64,000 nucleotides of DNA from Phragmitibacter sp. GTDB lineage: Bacteria; Verrucomicrobiota; Verrucomicrobiia; Verrucomicrobiales; Verrucomicrobiaceae. The position numbers and the translations under genes are program-made. Positions 45,675 to 55,500 of the stretch are shown here, piece after piece. Location of the stretch: positions 456,836 through 520,835 of the forward strand of contig OZ260079.1 in NCBI GenBank assembly GCA_965284365.1, given 5' to 3'. The notes beneath the pieces are model-generated. The model saw only the letters and a program-made list of their open reading frames with translations. It had not been told where the DNA came from and ran no database searches. Each line of letters starts with the position of its first letter. Position 1 is the stretch's first letter.

Positions 45675-47021
45675 CTAGGAATTGCTGATGAAGTAAAGAC
45701 GATCCTGCGCGCGAATGTACAGACCGCCGTTCGCGGCGACAATGCAGGCCCGGCAAATGTTGTCCTTGTTCACACTTGTCGCGCCTTCCAAGCCAAATAC
45801 GGTCTGATGGATGATCTCAAAGCTTTCTCCGCCAGCCTTGACCACGAACACCCCGCCGAGCTGATCGATGGCGTAAATTTTTCCATCCGCTCCGGTAGGC
45901 GAAGCTTCGATCTTATTCCGTGTGGGAAACTCCCCGCGCCAGATGACCCTGCCGGATTTCGCATCCACACAGGCCAACGCCTTGCGATCACTGTCCAGGA
46001 CATAAAATTTTCCCTGGTAAAAGAGCGGCGTGCTGACATCACTGGAAACCTCCTTGCTGTCGGAGGTCCAAAGGGGCTGGACCTTGCCGGAAGCGTTTAA
46101 TCGGACAGCGAACACCGGCTCCTTCTTTGGGGCACAGCCAAGAGCAATGCCATCACCAGCGACGGGTGAAACCACCATCCGCCAATGGCCAATTTTCGCA
46201 TGATTCCATGACTCGAGACGCCACAGTTCCTTGCCCGTGTCTGCCAAATGGCCAGACATGGTGTCCCCACCAGTGACCAACATGAGGCGCTTCCCTTCAA
46301 AGGTAGTAAAGACTGGGGTTGAAAAACTCTCCAAAGACTCCTCTAAGGCGTCACTGGGACGGACATGCCGCCAGATTTCTTTCCCTGTGGCCGGTTCGAG
46401 TGCCAGGACGTAGCTCTCGTTCTTGCCATTAGGGTCCCCTTTTTGCACGCCGTGATAGACAAAGGCGTGATTCCTCTGGAGCACCTGAATGTACAGTTTC
46501 CCTCCATCAATTGCAGGGCTGCTTGAATAAGTCCACTGGGTGCCGAAGGAACCATAGTCTTTGCCCAGGTCACGCTTCCACACTTCCTTGCCGTCGAAAT
46601 CAAATGCGGCCAGCACACTGGACCCGTAGAAGAAAAAAACGTGCTGCCCGTCTGTGCAGGGCGATGGGGATGCCAGATTGCTGCGCTCGTCATGCTGATA
46701 GCCATCCGTGACATCTTTCTGCCACTTCACTTCACCCGTTTTGGCGCTTAGGCATATCGCTACAAGTTTTTGGCGGGCCGGATCTGAGGAGCTAACGAAA
46801 ACGTGGTCACCCCATACCGCGGGGACTGATGCTGCGGGACCGGGCATCACCGCCGTCCACTTGACCTTTTCGGTTTTGGAGAATGTCTCGGGCAGGTTGG
46901 TTTCGGGCGAAGAACCATCCTGATTCGGTCCGCGGAACTGGGGCCAGTTCGCCGCGTGAGCCAAGCTGGAAGCTAGTAAAAGAGAACAGGTGAGCACGAA
47001 GCGAGAACGGATATTCATCAT
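45675..47021 (-). CDS. PQQ-repeat beta-propeller protein (BamB-like fold), secreted
   Basis: Start at the internal ATG (47021 or 47018), giving signal peptide 'MMNIRSRFVLTCSLLLASSLAHA'. Repeated 'ANWPQFRGPNQDG...VWGDHVFV', 'GEVKWQ', 'GKEIWR', 'GRVIWR' are PQQ-repeat signatures. Confidence 0.65.
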   Translation of the reverse strand: MMNIRSRFVLTCSLLLASSLAHAANWPQFRGPNQDGSSPETNLPETFSKTEKVKWTAVMPGPAASVPAVWGDHVFVSSSDPARQKLVAICLSAKTGEVKWQKDVTDGYQHDERSNLASPSPCTDGQHVFFFYGSSVLAAFDFDGKEVWKRDLGKDYGSFGTQWTYSSSPAIDGGKLYIQVLQRNHAFVYHGVQKGDPNGKNESYVLALEPATGKEIWRHVRPSDALEESLESFSTPVFTTFEGKRLMLVTGGDTMSGHLADTGKELWRLESWNHAKIGHWRMVVSPVAGDGIALGCAPKKEPVFAVRLNASGKVQPLWTSDSKEVSSDVSTPLFYQGKFYVLDSDRKALACVDAKSGRVIWRGEFPTRNKIEASPTGADGKIYAIDQLGGVFVVKAGGESFEIIHQTVFGLEGATSVNKDNICRACIVAANGGLYIRAQDRLYFISNS

Positions 47022-47361
47022 GAGATAAGTCAGTGGCGGGCTGGTGGTATTCAAAACGACGCATGGCAGATCTGCCATGTAAAAGCCGCACGAAAAACAA
47101 GCACAGAACAAACGCGGCGGCACGCCCAACCATTTCAGGATCAGACCAAATGTTGTCTGCATTCGCATAAACACGAGTGGTGCTCACCTCCCCAAAAGCG
47201 CCATCAAGTTAGCTCGCCTCTCGTCTGGAAGAATTTCAGCTTCCTTCCCCATCCACACCGTCCTGCTGGAAATGAAGAAGCGGCTCCGTCGGATCTACTC
47301 TAGGAAAAAAACCCCCAAAACCTAGAACAGACTGGCCGACGGAGCCGCTTTAGGCGAGATT

Positions 47362-48195
47362 ATGCACGCAGGTCGACACTGTAAAGAGATTTGTGGAGCG
47401 ATGATGGCTTTCTCAAAACATTTTTCGATGATGAAATGCCATTGTAACTACTACGTCAATTTTCTGAAAAATATCGGTGTGGCAGCCGTACTTGCGCTTT
47501 CCGGAGGGGCCGCCAAGGCGCAGATTCCAGACGATTGCCGCCAAGTGATTGTTAGCAAAACCGATGGCTGGAGCAGCTTCCGGGCGACCATGCAATGCTA
47601 CGAACGGGAGAATGCCAAGAGCCCCTGGATACCAGTTTTCCAGAACGAGTGGCCGGCACTTTTGGGAAGGAAGGGCTCTGCTTGGGGCCGGGGCGTTTCT
47701 CTACCAGTTCATGATAAAGTTTCCTGGAAAGTGGAAAAGGACGGCAAAGCGCCAGCCGGTGTTTTCGCACTAGGAAAACTTTACGGCTACGCTGCCCGTC
47801 CACCCGAAGGTTCCGTGTGGCCCTACCTGCAAGTGGGCCCCTGGGATGCCTGGGTGGACGACCCAAAACTCCCAGAATACAACAAGCACGTTCGGGTGGA
47901 TCCTAGCGCTGTGCCGGCATGGTTCGAGTCGCAGCGCATGCGATTAGGCGACAACGCCTACAAATGGCTGCTGGAGATCAGGCACAACAGTAATCCCCCT
48001 ACGGCGGGCTATGGCAGCGCCATCTTCTTCCATGTGAGGCGTGGACCAGACAAGCCCACGGCAGGATGCACCACCATGACACAGTCCGATCTGGAAAAAA
48101 TGATCCGGTGGCTGCGGCCAGATCGCAAACCGTATTATGTGCTCCTGCCGGTCGCGGAGTATGGTCAGGTCCGCAAGGAATGGAAACTGCCCTGA
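47362..48195 (+). CDS. L,D-transpeptidase (YkuD)-like secreted protein
   Basis: C-terminal 'GSAIFFHVRRGPDKPTAGCTTMTQSDLEKMIRWL' fits the His...Gly-Cys catalytic signature. Has a signal peptide. The true start is probably 47431 at 'MKCHCNYY'. Confidence 0.5.
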   Translation: MHAGRHCKEICGAMMAFSKHFSMMKCHCNYYVNFLKNIGVAAVLALSGGAAKAQIPDDCRQVIVSKTDGWSSFRATMQCYERENAKSPWIPVFQNEWPALLGRKGSAWGRGVSLPVHDKVSWKVEKDGKAPAGVFALGKLYGYAARPPEGSVWPYLQVGPWDAWVDDPKLPEYNKHVRVDPSAVPAWFESQRMRLGDNAYKWLLEIRHNSNPPTAGYGSAIFFHVRRGPDKPTAGCTTMTQSDLEKMIRWLRPDRKPYYVLLPVAEYGQVRKEWKLP

Positions 48196-48242
48196 CTAGG
48201 GATGTCAGTCAGCTATTCAGCTTTTTTTGAATTTCATTTCTC

Positions 48243-48422
48243 ATGACTGTCACGGTTTATTGCCCAGCCTGTTTTGAAGCATTCGACGTGCCTGCCCCTC
48301 ATCTCTCAGAGGTACCCTGCACAGTGGACTACGATTGCGAGGTTTGCTGCCGCCCCATGACGATCGACTTCTGGGAGGAAGATGATGAGGTGGCGGGCGA
48401 AGCCGCAGGTTTGGCCGATTGA
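48243..48422 (+). CDS. small cysteine-rich CPxCG-family protein (59 aa); not in the ORF track
   Basis: ATG 48243 to TGA 48420-48422. Translates to 'MTVTVYCPACFEAFDVPAPHLSEVPCTVDYDCEVCCRPMTIDFWEEDDEVAGEAAGLAD', giving CPxC...DCEVCCRP and an acidic tail. Confidence 0.6.
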   Translation: MTVTVYCPACFEAFDVPAPHLSEVPCTVDYDCEVCCRPMTIDFWEEDDEVAGEAAGLAD

Positions 48423-48546
48423 AAGCTTATCTTGATCCCCTCCGTACCCTTTTTCTGTCATCAATGCCTTCCCCAGGCTGACCGGACGCTGAAGCCTGCC
48501 AGCGGAATCTATTGTCTCGGGAGCGGATTGTTGCTACCTGTGCGTC

Positions 48547-50790
48547 ATGCGTTTGATCTTTTTCCTAACGCTCAGTTGTGCTCTCACGGGCGTGGCGTGG
48601 TCAGCCGACCCGCCCAAGGAAGAACCGGCGTCAAAATCCGGCGCTTCGCACGGTGTGCCGGAACTCATGGATGCCGTGCGTGAATCCATTGTCACGGTCA
48701 TGCAAATCGGACGGGGCGGCGGCCAGGATGCCCTGGGCACGGGATTCGTGGTCAGCCAGGATGGTCTGATCGCCACAAATCAGCACGTCATCGGAAATGC
48801 CCGGCGCATTCAGGTGCGCTTCAGCGACGGCAAAACGGAGGATGTCAAAGAGGTGCATGCCACCGATCCGAAATTTGATCTGGCTCTCATCAAAGTGAGC
48901 CGTAAAGGTCTCACCCCACTGCCGCTGGGAAATTCGGACAAGGTGAAGCAGGGACAGCCGGTGGTCGCGATCGGTCATCCGCAAGGGCTGGAATATAGTG
49001 TGGTGGAAGGCGTCATCTCCGCGACCCGCGAGGTCGAGAATGCGAAGATGCTGCAACTGGCCATCCCCATTGAAGAAGGCAACAGCGGTGGGCCTCTGCT
49101 TGATCTGCAAGGCAACGTGCAAGGCATCCTGACGCTGAAATCCGCCATCACCCATAATCTTGGCTTTGCCCATACGGTGAATGATTTGAAGCTGCTCATC
49201 GAAAAGCCAAATCCCATCTCAATGAGCCGGTGGCTGACCATTGGCCGGCTGGATGCGCAACGCTGGGAGCCTGTCATGGGCGGGCACTGGACTCAGCATG
49301 TAGGCATCATTCAGGTTGAAGGCATGGGTCAGGGATTTGGTGGTCGTACCATTTGCCTGAATAAAGATGGCGCTCCCGGGCTTCCCTTCGAAGTCAGCGT
49401 AAAAGTAAAACTCGATAGCGAGGACGGAGCAGCCGGCCTGATCTTTTGCGCGGATGGCAGGGACCGACACTATGGCTTTTACCCCAGTGGCGGACAGTTG
49501 CGTCTGACCCGGTTTGAAGGCCCGGACTTGTTCTCATGGAAGGTGCTTAGCGAAGTCCCCTCTCCCGCCTACCTTTCCGGCGAGTGGAATACGCTCCGGG
49601 TGCATGTGGATGAAGATCGCATCCGCTGCTTCGTGAATGACCAACAAGTCATTGAGTTGGAAGATGCTGAATTGCGTGGCGGTAAAGTCGGCCTCTGCAA
49701 ATTCCGCCAGACCAACGCGAGCTTCAAATCCTTCCGGACAGGCGTTTCTCTTCAGGATAAGCAGGTGCCCGAGACACTGGCGGCGTCTCTACAGGAAGAA
49801 TTGGATCTCTACCTGCAAAAACCGGCGAAAGACAAAACCGCGCCTGAAAAGCTGCTCGCTGAGCCTGCCGCTGTGCGCAGGCTTCTGGAAGACCGGACCA
49901 AGGCACTGGAACTGCAAGTCGAGAAGCTGCGCAGTCTGGAGAAGGCTGTTCACCGGCAGGCCATTGCTCGCGAAATGGTGCGATTGCTGCAACGGCCTGC
50001 GGATCAAACAGAACTTTTGCATGCCGCCCTTCTGGTAGCGAAACATGACAATCCAGATGTGGATGTAGATGGATATCTGCAAATGATGGAGCGCATGCAG
50101 TCCGATCTGCACGCAGACCCGGAGATCAAAAAAGGATCTCTAGCCGCAGCGAAGCGGCTCGCAGCTTACCTGTTCGAAGAATCCGGTTTCCATGGCACAC
50201 GCGGCGAGAGCATTGATGACTTCTCCAACAGCTATATGAACGAGGTGCTGGATGACCGGGAAGGCATCCCCATCAGTCTTTCTATCGTTTACCTGGAACT
50301 GGCCAGACGGCTTGGTCTGAATGAAATCCAAGGAGCCGGATTGCCCGGCAGGTTCATGGTTTCAGTGGCTCCGCCCGCGCCGCAAGAACCGGCGTCTCCG
50401 GACGCGAACACAGGGAAGGGCATCACCTACATTGATGTGTTCAACGGAGGCAAGTTCCTCAGCCAGTCGGAAGCCGAACAGTTCATCTTCCAGACGACCG
50501 GCCAGACAGTGGAGGATGAGCAAAGAGTGGCAGCGACGCCGCGCGCGATGATCTTGCGCCTGCTCTTCAATCTGACCAGCTTCGCCAAGCAGCCGGAGCA
50601 GGCGCTGCCCTATCTGGACCTCATCCTGGCGATTGATCCAGACGCTTACACCGAGAGACTAAACCGGGCGCTGCTCCGCATCCGGGCAAGAGATCATCAG
50701 GGGGCGAAAGAGGATTTGCAGGCGCTGTTGGAAGCCGCGCCTGCGGAGCTCGATCTTCAGAAGATCGATACGCTCTATCACTCACTCTGA
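48547..50790 (+). CDS. secreted three-domain fusion: trypsin-like (S1C/DegP-type) serine protease, DUF1080/LamG-like domain and transglutaminase-like/TPR (SirB1/YchA-type) domain
   Basis: Has a signal peptide. Protease 'GTGFVVSQDGLIATNQHVI...DLALIKV...GNSGGPLLD' (His/Asp/Ser). Middle domain 'GAAGLIFCADGRDRHYGFY...GEWNTLRVHVDEDRIRCFVNDQQV'. C-terminus 'GIPISLSIVYLELARRLGLNEIQGAGLPGRFMV' plus helical repeats. Confidence 0.6.
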   Translation: MRLIFFLTLSCALTGVAWSADPPKEEPASKSGASHGVPELMDAVRESIVTVMQIGRGGGQDALGTGFVVSQDGLIATNQHVIGNARRIQVRFSDGKTEDVKEVHATDPKFDLALIKVSRKGLTPLPLGNSDKVKQGQPVVAIGHPQGLEYSVVEGVISATREVENAKMLQLAIPIEEGNSGGPLLDLQGNVQGILTLKSAITHNLGFAHTVNDLKLLIEKPNPISMSRWLTIGRLDAQRWEPVMGGHWTQHVGIIQVEGMGQGFGGRTICLNKDGAPGLPFEVSVKVKLDSEDGAAGLIFCADGRDRHYGFYPSGGQLRLTRFEGPDLFSWKVLSEVPSPAYLSGEWNTLRVHVDEDRIRCFVNDQQVIELEDAELRGGKVGLCKFRQTNASFKSFRTGVSLQDKQVPETLAASLQEELDLYLQKPAKDKTAPEKLLAEPAAVRRLLEDRTKALELQVEKLRSLEKAVHRQAIAREMVRLLQRPADQTELLHAALLVAKHDNPDVDVDGYLQMMERMQSDLHADPEIKKGSLAAAKRLAAYLFEESGFHGTRGESIDDFSNSYMNEVLDDREGIPISLSIVYLELARRLGLNEIQGAGLPGRFMVSVAPPAPQEPASPDANTGKGITYIDVFNGGKFLSQSEAEQFIFQTTGQTVEDEQRVAATPRAMILRLLFNLTSFAKQPEQALPYLDLILAIDPDAYTERLNRALLRIRARDHQGAKEDLQALLEAAPAELDLQKIDTLYHSL

Positions 50791-51357
50791 CTCGGGAGCT
50801 ACCAGAGGCCCTTTCTTTTCCTCTCTGTGCAAACCGGGGATGGGCGTGGCGGTAAGACGATCAATCCACGCCAACGCCAAAGCTGACAACAGGAACAGGC
50901 CGTGGATGATGACCTGCCACATCAAGGCCTTGTCCTCCATCTTCTCGGAATTGATGAAACTCTTGAGCAGGTGAATGGATGAGATGCCGATGAGCGCCAT
51001 GGCCAGCTTCACCTTCAGGATGCCAGCATTCACATGGGAGAGCCATTCCGGCTGGTCAGGGTGACCGTCGATTTCCAGCCGTGAAACGAAAGTCTCGTAT
51101 CCGCCGATGATGACCATGATCAGGAGGTTCGCGATCATCACCACATCGATCAGCCCCAGTACGGTAAGCATGATCTCTGTCTCCTCAAGTCCCCGCGTGT
51201 GGGAGATGAGATGAATCAGCTCGGCGATGAAGTGGTACACATACACACCCTGAGCCAATATGAGGCCCAGATACAATGGGGCCTGGAGCCAGCGGCTCAG
51301 GAAGATCAGCGTGGCCAGGGTGCGGCGAAAGGAGTTTTGCGGGGGAGACAGGGGCAT
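50782..51357 (-). CDS. yqhA: YqhA-family (UPF0114) inner-membrane protein
   Basis: 'FLSRWLQAPLYLGLILAQGVYVYHF...GGYETFVSRLEI...ISSIHLLKSFI...LMWQVIIHGLFLLSA' is collinear with E. coli YqhA. Confidence 0.75.
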   Translation of the reverse strand: MPLSPPQNSFRRTLATLIFLSRWLQAPLYLGLILAQGVYVYHFIAELIHLISHTRGLEETEIMLTVLGLIDVVMIANLLIMVIIGGYETFVSRLEIDGHPDQPEWLSHVNAGILKVKLAMALIGISSIHLLKSFINSEKMEDKALMWQVIIHGLFLLSALALAWIDRLTATPIPGLHREEKKGPLVAPESE

Positions 51358-51527
51358 GCCTGAAACTGCTTCCCGAATCTGCGGCCTTCGTCAACCCGGA
51401 GCGGACAGTTTCAATGCGGCAAAGCGACGAAAGCATGAAGGAACCCATTGATGCTCAGTAAAATTCCGCGCAAAACGGGACCGTCATATCAACGGCCCGC
51501 CTACTTCAAAGATGGATGCTATGGAGC

Positions 51528-51926
51528 TTACCGATGCCCGCCACGAGGTGGCCTCGCTCCGCCTCGGTAACCTCCGCCACCTGCGGGGCGATGATAATTC
51601 CGCACGCCGTGATCAATGCGGTGATTGATCCGGTCGCTGCGGGCATCGATGCGGTGGTCGCGAGTTTCATTGCGCTCATGAATGCCATAGGCTCTGGCAC
51701 CCGCCCACATGGCGTTCGAAGCGACTCGCCCGGTGGCTCCATATCCACCGTAGTATCCGCCGCCATAGTAGGGCGTCCCATAGGCTGGACGATAAGCGGC
51801 GACGGGGGCCACAATCGGCCCGGGCCCCGGCGCCAGGATAGGCTCGGGAACAGGAGCTACGACACATTGACTCAGAGTCATGGAAAGCAGAAGCACCGCA
51901 GCCAGACGAAGAAGAGACGTTTTCAT
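51528..51926 (-). CDS. small secreted Gly/Tyr/Arg-rich protein of unknown function
   Basis: Has a signal peptide. Contains 'YYGGGYYGGYGATG' and 'GGGGYRGGARPPRGG'. Confidence 0.4.
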   Translation of the reverse strand: MKTSLLRLAAVLLLSMTLSQCVVAPVPEPILAPGPGPIVAPVAAYRPAYGTPYYGGGYYGGYGATGRVASNAMWAGARAYGIHERNETRDHRIDARSDRINHRIDHGVRNYHRPAGGGGYRGGARPPRGGHR

Positions 51927-51958
51927 GGGAATGGAAAGGGTAAAGGTTAAAACGGCTC

Positions 51959-52402
51959 CTATTGTTTTTTAAGTCCGGCCCGGATTTTGGCGGCATAAGC
52001 CTCCGCTTCCGGAAGGGTTACGTAGCCGTCGCGATCGGCATCAATGCCGGGGAAATCCTGAGAGAAGCTTTTGTGCTTCTTGGTGGTGGCAAGAGCTTCG
52101 TCGAGAGTCACTTTCCCATCCTTATTCGGGTCATGCGAGGTGAAGTGGGAATTGGCATCGTTGCCCTCCAGATTCTGCCATTCCGCGAGAGTCACCGAGC
52201 CATCTTCATTCTCGTCAAAAGCGATGAAGACGATGCGCGTGGCCACTTCGGCATACTCCTGCGGGGAGATTTTGCCGTCGTCATTAAGATCGTAGCTCGC
52301 AAACTTTTGCTGCACGGTCGTTTCACCTTTCTGCGTAATCGCACAAGAGGAAAGACTTAACGTCAGAGCGAATGCCGCCAAAGGGGCGATCAAAATTTTC
52401 AT
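51959..52402 (-). CDS. EF-hand calcium-binding lipoprotein
   Basis: Lipobox 'LSLSSC'. Four EF-hand loops: 'DLNDDGKIS', 'DENEDGSVT', 'DPNKDGKVT', 'DADRDGYVT'. Confidence 0.7.
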   Translation of the reverse strand: MKILIAPLAAFALTLSLSSCAITQKGETTVQQKFASYDLNDDGKISPQEYAEVATRIVFIAFDENEDGSVTLAEWQNLEGNDANSHFTSHDPNKDGKVTLDEALATTKKHKSFSQDFPGIDADRDGYVTLPEAEAYAAKIRAGLKKQ

Positions 52403-52535
52403 AGTAATGGCAGAATGGGTTGATAGAACGAAATTTGGCAGGGCATCTGCGATGCCCGGTGCAGCAGCATTAACAATACTCCAATAATTTACCCAAACTT
52501 TTTCGGGGATGGAATCCTAAAATTCCGCAGCCATA

Positions 52536-55500
52536 TCACCAAACGATCGAGACATCTGGCCGCGCTGCTTTGAAGGCGGCCACGCCTGCATCGGTGACTT
52601 GAGTCTTTTGCATTTGGAGGCTCTTAAGTGAGGTCATCTTCTGGAGAAGATTGAGGCCATTGTCAGTGATTGCATTGCCATACAAATTCAGTGATTTCAG
52701 AGTCTTGCTTCTGAGGAACGGCGTCAAGCTCTCGTCCCTGATGCCAGTTTCGCTAATGGCAAGTTCCGTCAGCGCGGGAAGGTCCGCGAAATAACGAAAA
52801 TCATCCTGCGAGAGCCCTTTCCTCCACCAGAAAACGGACTTGAGTTTGGGTAGTTTGGCTAACTCTTTGATACTGGCTGCTGTGCAGGTGGCACCAAGAG
52901 AGATCGAGATCAGTTCCAGATTGGGGAAATTCGCTACGATGTCGCGGACGCCTTCATCACTCACGGTGGCGCCGTATTGCATTTGCAGTTCGCGTAGAGA
53001 ATTCCCTAAAGCTTTCAAATAACCAAAGCCCGTGTTGTCTATCTTGGAATTGGTAAGCTCCAGCTTCTCAAGCCGATTCAGGGCTGCCAGCTGCATGAAG
53101 CCCTCCTTGGAGACGACACCCGCGGTGAGCGCCAAGCTCTTGAGATTCTTCATGTCGGCGATGTGACGGAGGAGTCCTTGATTGGTATCGTCAAGTCCCC
53201 GATCAAGCTGGAGCGTTACAAGGTTATCCAGACGCATGAGAGCCAGTGCACCTTGCTCATTCACTTTGCAGCCCCTGAGAGACAAACTATTCAAGCTTTT
53301 AAGCCCGGACAAATGCGCGCACCCCGCTCCTGCCTCGCCCTTAAGACGGACGGTCAGAGAAGTAAGCTTCTGTAACTGCGTCAGATGGCGCAATTCATCG
53401 TCAAGGATGCTACCGCCACCTCCCAATTCAATCGTTTCAAGTTGTGTGAGCCCGGCCAGTGCTTCCAGAGAGGTGATTTCATCAGGCAGGAAAACTATGC
53501 GCAGAGTCGACAGTGCGCTCGCCAACGACAGGAGAGAGAAATCCGCGGCTTTAATCTTCTTGAAATTTGTCATGTCCAAGTAGTTGATGCGCGTCAAAAC
53601 GACCGGCCCCGAAGGAAGTTGTGCCTTCTCCCTGATTTCGATCTCCCGGGCACGATCACGGACGGTGACAATGCCGCCCAGCGATAAAATCCATTCCGCT
53701 GTGTCTCGAGCAGTCTTGGTAGACGCTGGTTGAGGATATCCCCACCCCAACGCCTTCAGTGGATCCGCCACGCCGTCCAGTTTCACGTACTCGAAATCCT
53801 TGAACTGCTTCCATGTGAATCCCAGCGTGTTCCATCCCGTCCGCCGGACCATGGGCGCCTTGAAATGCCCCACCTGCCCATTGACCCGAACCCAGAATTC
53901 ATCGCCCACGCCCAGAATGGCAAACTCCGTTTCCTCCCCCGGCTCAAAGGCACGGGCGAATTTCATTTCATACAGGGTGTTCTTCTCATTGGGCTGCGCC
54001 CAATCATTGAGCGCTACCAGCTTGTCCTTCCAGCAGAAACAAACGACACCCGCGCCCGGGTTTGACTGGAGCGTGTCCTGCCGGGCTGCGATGAGGAATG
54101 GCTCCTCCATCTCCTTTCCACCCCACAGCAGGCGCACCCTGAAAGCACCGTCTTTCATCCTTAGAAACTCTCCCGGCCGCTCAGCCGTGTTCAACCACGG
54201 AGTATCCGCGCCTGTCTCCAGCCAGCCCTTCCCGTCCCGAATGATGGGTTCGGGGCGGTCCAAATCGCTCTTGATATAGGCTTTCTGCCAGGCCAGCCCC
54301 GGTATCGTCAGAGCCTCTCCTTGCCGGGTGCCGGGGGGGCTGTCAGCCCAATGACGGTACTCTGCCTGTTCGATCAGAGCGCCCTTCCCGCCAAGGAGAC
54401 CGAGCCGTCCGCCTGTCCGTGGGGCGGCTTGGTTATCCTGAAAGCCGATCTTCCGCACACCATCTAGGTAGACAAGCACATCCCTGCCTTCCGTGCGCAG
54501 TTGCAGCGTATGGCTCGCGCCGGGATCAAAGCTCTTGTCGCCATTGGCCTTTTCGAGTGTGGTGGGACTGGGAGCCTGGCGACGCAGGGTCACCATGCCG
54601 GAGCCCCACAATTCCGCGATGTACCCCTCGCCTTTTTCATTCATATGGGAGCAAACCCCCCAGGAGGAGGCATTCCCAAATTGGCCCGTGGCTCGCACGA
54701 TGAGGTTTTGCTTATGGCTTATGCTGAGAGAAAGGCCATCGCCCTGCGTGATCCGCCACGCATCGCCTTCTTGGGCCACTGGGAGCGCCTTGCTGGTGAG
54801 GCCTTCCGGAGAGGTTCGCCACTCGGCCAGGATATCCCGCCACCATTCGCCTGCCGCGCCCCCAACAAGGGCTTGCAGCGGATCAGCCTCGCCCTCCAGT
54901 ACTGTCATCTTCGGATACCTGATAAAGACGGGGCCTTCAGTTCCCCCGTTGTCCACGGTGATCGACCCCGGCTCGGTAGCCGTGAGGCCCGGCAAACTCA
55001 GTGATACTCCGTTTATCCATGCGTAAGCCACGTCCTTGATCACAGCAAAGCTCACCACTGACCCGTCTCCAGACTTGAGCCGAGGCATTTGGGTCACGCG
55101 GCGTTTCCCGGGCAGCACCTTCCCATCTTTCAATTCAGCCAATTCCACCCGTCCGCTGCCGGAGAGGGCAAGACGCACCTGGCTCTGACCCTGCTCCCGG
55201 ACACTCAAGGTGAGTGCCCCCTTTTCCCCCCACACCGGGGCCAGACTGATGGCTCCATCCCTGAATCCCTTCAAGACGTGCTTCTCGGGCACAGGGTGGG
55301 CGAAACCATCTTCCGGCTTTACTCTCTTGGAGCCAATGGAGAGCGGCTGCCAGAGCAACTGCGCAGGGAGAGCGACCCGGGCCGGCGCAGTAGCGTTGCC
55401 ATCGCCACGACTGGTCGTGCCCTCTTCCCACCCCAACGCCTTCAGTGGATCCGCCACGCCCACCAGGCTCACATATTCCACATCCCTAACCGAGGCAGGA

